The notes below the pieces were generated by a model. The model had not been told where the DNA came from. It did not search any database and was given only the letters and a program-made list of their open reading frames with translations. Shown in pieces: positions 60,601 to 64,000 of a stretch of 64,000 bases of DNA; positions within the stretch are counted from its first letter, which is position 1; every line of letters starts with the position of its first letter. The translations under genes and the position numbers were made by a program. This DNA is from Podarcis bocagei (lineage: Eukaryota): assembly GCA_964188305.1 (NCBI GenBank), contig OZ076898.1. One strand, given 5' to 3'.

Positions 60601-63463
60601 GTCATGCCTGGGCCACTGGCCAACTCTGTTGCTCCTGCCAGTTGGTGCTTATGCTGGAGTTGGAAGTGGCCACTTATTGACAGCCATGTGAGCTGCAGCA
60701 TGACAACAACCTTACATTTTTATGTCTATAAGAAGATATGCACACATGTAGCAAATGGATGGTAAGCCTTACTCACCGAATCTGGAAGAGTGGCTCCATT
60801 TTCAACACTCGGAAGAGCAGGGTGAGAAATTCCTCTGGGTCTGTGAGGGGAGAGGACATGAAGTAATCAAGCCCCACCAGCAACACCTTTAATTCAAACA
60901 TATCAGTTTCCCAACCGTCACATCAATTTCTTTAAAACAAGCAAAAAAACCTAACTAATCATGCTGCCTGAGTTATCAAGTTGAGAGTTAAGAGCATCAT
61001 CCTTTCTGGCAACGTGTTTTATACTGCAATTGAGAAATGGATTTTAATGCGGCACTTTGAGGGCTCGATTGTTTGATGCACAAAGAATGGGGGAACAATG
61101 CTCTGAGGTTCACAGAATCCGTCTCCCTTCCTAATTCGTTATACAGAGTTATCCAATACACAAGCACACCACAGCGCTGCACAGGCTGCCATCAAACCTT
61201 TTTCTTCATGGGTGAAGCCAGAGGAATGTCCAGCCGTCTCCAGAACCTTCCGCAAGGCCATAATTTTGGTGGCACAGACATATCCATTCCTGTCCCCGCA
61301 AAAAAACAAAACAATAACAACGGTGGTGTCATTACCAGGTTAGACTTTGAAAGAGAGAAAGTGGCGGCGGGGAAAAGCAGCAGCAGTATGTAACACATGC
61401 TTATAAGCAATACTACAGTTCCTGCAAAGCCACTCTGAATTCTAGTGAAATGGGAGCATTTTAACGGAATACAAGGCTCAGAGGAAACCCGAGGAGCTCA
61501 GAGGCTTGGTCAAAGAGGCTTCGCTTACCTGTACTTATTTCTTAAGGTTTACAAAGAAATGGATAGACCATCTTCTGGAGCTTTCCCCCCTTATTTTCTA
61601 TATTTTTTTTCCATTACATGTTCACCAGTAGAAAATATAAAGGATTTCTTGGAAAGCGACTCAAAGTGTGGGAAAGTGGGGAAGCAAAGAGTTTTTCTGC
61701 AAGACCCATCAATTTTTATATATCTTAATGTAACTTTGTCTTCACTTCCCCTCAGCGATGTCATCGCAGAGCCAAATCCGATTAACTATGCCATATCGTG
61801 ACATTATCCTATCCGTTACATACGGCTCCTGATGGCATAGGCCTGATCCAAGGAAAAGGAGGAAGTAGCCGAGGCATTTTAGCCATGGCTAGGGCGACAG
61901 GAACTTACTTGCGCAAAGGGTTGACGATCTCCGTTCTCAGCAGATCCCGTGTTTCAGTGTAAGACGGACCATCGTTCTTGTCTGCTGGGCGCAGCAGCAT
62001 CGAATCCAGCACTGAGGTAAAAGTGAACATGCTGCAAGCGAGAAAAAGAGAAAGTGTGGTTGTTGAGATGTCTGAATTCTGCCCCACCACCTCTTAGGAG
62101 CAGCTTCTAGCGTTTAGTCCAGGGAATGGGACCGGAGAAGAAGATATGTATGTCTTTTTAAGTCTAAAAGAGGACAGAACCAGCCTTTTATATCTATCTA
62201 CCTACCTCTCTGTGTGTACAGAGTTAGAAAAGGGGATGCGGGTGGCACTGGGGTCTAAACTGAGACTCTTGGGCTTGCCGATCAGAAGGTTGGTGGTTCG
62301 AATCCCCGTGACAGAGTAAGCTCCCATTGCTCAGTCCTGGCTCCTGCCTACCTAGCAGTTTGAAAGCATACCAGTGCAAGTAGATAAATGGGTACTGATG
62401 TGGTGGGAAGGGAAATGGCGTTTCCATGCACTCTGGTTACTGTCACGGTGTCCTACTACTCCAATAGCGGTTTAGTCATGCTGGCCACATGACCTGGAAA
62501 GCTGTCTGAGGACAAACACGGGCTCCCTTTGCCTGAGAGAGATGAGCGCCGCAACCTTTGACTGGACTGGACTGGTCCAAGGCTCCTTTACTTTTACCTA
62601 AAGTTAGTATATTGTTCCTGTGATTTCAGCAACAAAAAACCCCTCACCCAATTTTCTTAATGAGGCAAAACATTTCAGCTTCTGCTTTCATCAGCTGCTC
62701 TAACAAAAATGAAATGATATTGCTTCCAAGCTGGCAACTACCACCCTCTAAGATAAGATCATGCAACGTTTACATGTCCAGTTATGGAGAAGTTATCCCT
62801 CCTTGCTAAAATTGTTGGATCTGTTGGCATCTCTGCAGCAAATACTGTGGTTGTCAGAATGGAAATGTTTAATCAACTTGCCAATCCACGTTTTGGTCCC
62901 AAGTGACAGATTTGCAATTTCTAACATATGTGCAGATATTCTGGCACATCCAAGTCCCAAGAGACTGTGATCTACTCACAGTATAAAAAGACTGACTGTG
63001 ATCTACTCATTGTCATTGCCAGGAGTTGTTGACCTTTTTTTATGGGAGGGTTGGCCAAAGGTGATCACTAAACTTCATTCCGTGATCTACCTGCAACACC
63101 CCCACAATCTACCAGTAGATCGTGATCTGCCTGTTGGATATGCCTGTATCTACATGAAATAATTTTTGTGGGGTGATATCCAACAGTCATCCTGTTTACA
63201 CAAGGAATTTCCCTTCCCTCTCCTCCTCCAAGATCTGTTCAGAGCTTCCACCTGCTCCAGTCTTAGGAAGCAAACTTCTTGGTCCCTGCATCACGTCACC
63301 TGCCTGCTGCAACCTTACCAGAAGAGAGTGGCATCCAGGTAGCAGGAGTTGCAGTGACCTTGGATCCCCTTCTTCCATCCCGCGAGATGCTCCATGCCTT
63401 GGTCACCTAGCGGTGGCGGTGGAGTGTCCTCTTCCACTCTGCTGCTGGCGTACCCACGGAAGT
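54685..63463 (-). CDS. CYLD-like: CYLD-like ubiquitin carboxyl-terminal hydrolase, last 8 coding exons (USP domain with B-box); 5' part lies beyond the window
   Basis: Exons on -: 63463-63319, 62031-61909, 61289-61198, 60840-60777, 60415-60283, 60070-59962, 58963-58845, 56496-56280, 54869-54685 (145,123,92,64,133,109,119,217,185 nt; nine segments counting the terminal exon). GT-AG, phases close. Motifs [80 protein letters not shown]. Confidence 0.93.
55463..55932. mobile_element. hAT MITE with GC/CpG-rich interior, in the last CYLD-like intron
   Basis: 15-bp perfect TIR cagtgtttcccaacc; perfect 8-bp TSD tcctataa (55455-55462, 55933-55940). Confidence 0.92.
56558..56773 (-). mobile_element. 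Tigger-like MITE
   Basis: TA|cagtggcacctcgggtta...taacccgaggtaccactg|TA. Confidence 0.85.
56965..57180 (-). mobile_element. L2 3' fragment
   Basis: (TAA)n tail and reverse-complement similarity to 30000-30238. Confidence 0.75.
57405..57930. mobile_element. Tc2/pogo-like MITE with ~77-bp palindromic tandem units
   Basis: TA|ctgtatttttcgcaccatagg...cctatggtgcgaaaaatacgg|TA; internal hairpin units at about 57560-57800. Confidence 0.85.
58130..58625 (-). mobile_element. L2 3' fragment
   Basis: [15 protein letters not shown] and [12 protein letters not shown] in shifted frames; (TAA)n tail. Confidence 0.82.
59062..59287 (+). mobile_element. Tigger-like MITE
   Basis: TA|cagtggtccctcgggtta...taacccgaggtaccactg|TA. 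Confidence 0.85.
62232..62599 (+). mobile_element. Sauria SINE
   Basis: Head ggggatgcgggtggcactg, B box ggttcgaatccc, tail cctttacttttacct. Confidence 0.88.
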
Positions 63464-63748
63464 CTTCGGGAGGATGGGGAGAGAGGGAGAACAGGTGAGA
63501 AACAACACAGGGCCTCCTGGCGTCTTGCTTTACCCCTTTGCTTGGTTGCTCACGGATTTGACCTTGTGCTTTATAGGCAGTGGAGATGCCTCTGGGGTTC
63601 CCAGTGAGCTGTTAGACTGTTAGAAGTGACAGGGAAGACAGGTCGGTCTTTCTCCTCCACCCCCTAGGATGAAATCACTGTGTACACACGGGAAGCTGCA
63701 TGACACCAAGTCACTCCATCGGGCCATTTAGTTCATTATTGTCTACAC

Positions 63749-64000
63749 CAGTGTTTCCCAAACCTGTTGTTGGACTACAACTCCCATCATCCCTAGCTAG
63801 CAAGGCCAGCGGGTCAGAGGTGATGGGAATTGTAGTCCAACAACAGCTGGAGACCCAACATTGGTCTACACCAGGCATGGCCAAACCTGGCCCTCCAGAT
63901 GTTTTGGGACTACAACTGCCATCATGCCTAGCTAGCACGGCCAGTGGTCAGGCATGATGGGAACTGTAGTCCCAAAACATCTGGAGGGCCAAGTTTGGTA
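63749..64000. mobile_element. Two adjacent palindromic hAT-like MITEs
   Basis: 8-mer gtctacac at 63741-63748 and 63864-63871; each element is a fold-back of ggactacaact / agttgtagtcc-type arms. Confidence 0.75.

Noticed and set aside
63173-63607. ORFs 63173-63607 (+) and 63196-63378 (-)
   Set aside because: Wrong strand or frame; the real coding segment is the CYLD-like catalytic-Cys exon 63463-63319.

Overview
Vertebrate nuclear DNA from a squamate reptile, possibly a lacertid lizard (inferred from Sauria/Squam SINEs, BovB and young L2 copies). Left to right it holds three six-exon vomeronasal type-2 receptor (V2R) genes on + (1365-6623, 10243-16144, 24071-32606; all splice phases close) and three single-exon class II olfactory receptor genes on + (37019-37954, 44695-45624, 50440-51372). 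The last eight coding exons of a divergent CYLD-like deubiquitinase lie on - (63463-54685). Two tandem duplications can be reconstructed: a V2R unit, and an OR unit whose junction falls inside V2R exon 5. Transposons are abundant. The most notable observations are: (1) a young Penelope-like element forming an 852-bp inverted repeat with hammerhead-ribozyme motifs at both outer ends and convergent TATA boxes, with its empty paralogous site inside the window; (2) an otherwise intact V2R lacking its signal peptide; (3) a 1.16-kb non-autonomous L1-like element with a 15-bp TSD; (4) mosaic divergence between the two V2R-A paralogs. No CRISPR array, rRNA or true tRNA genes were seen. Family names come from motif recognition, not database searches.
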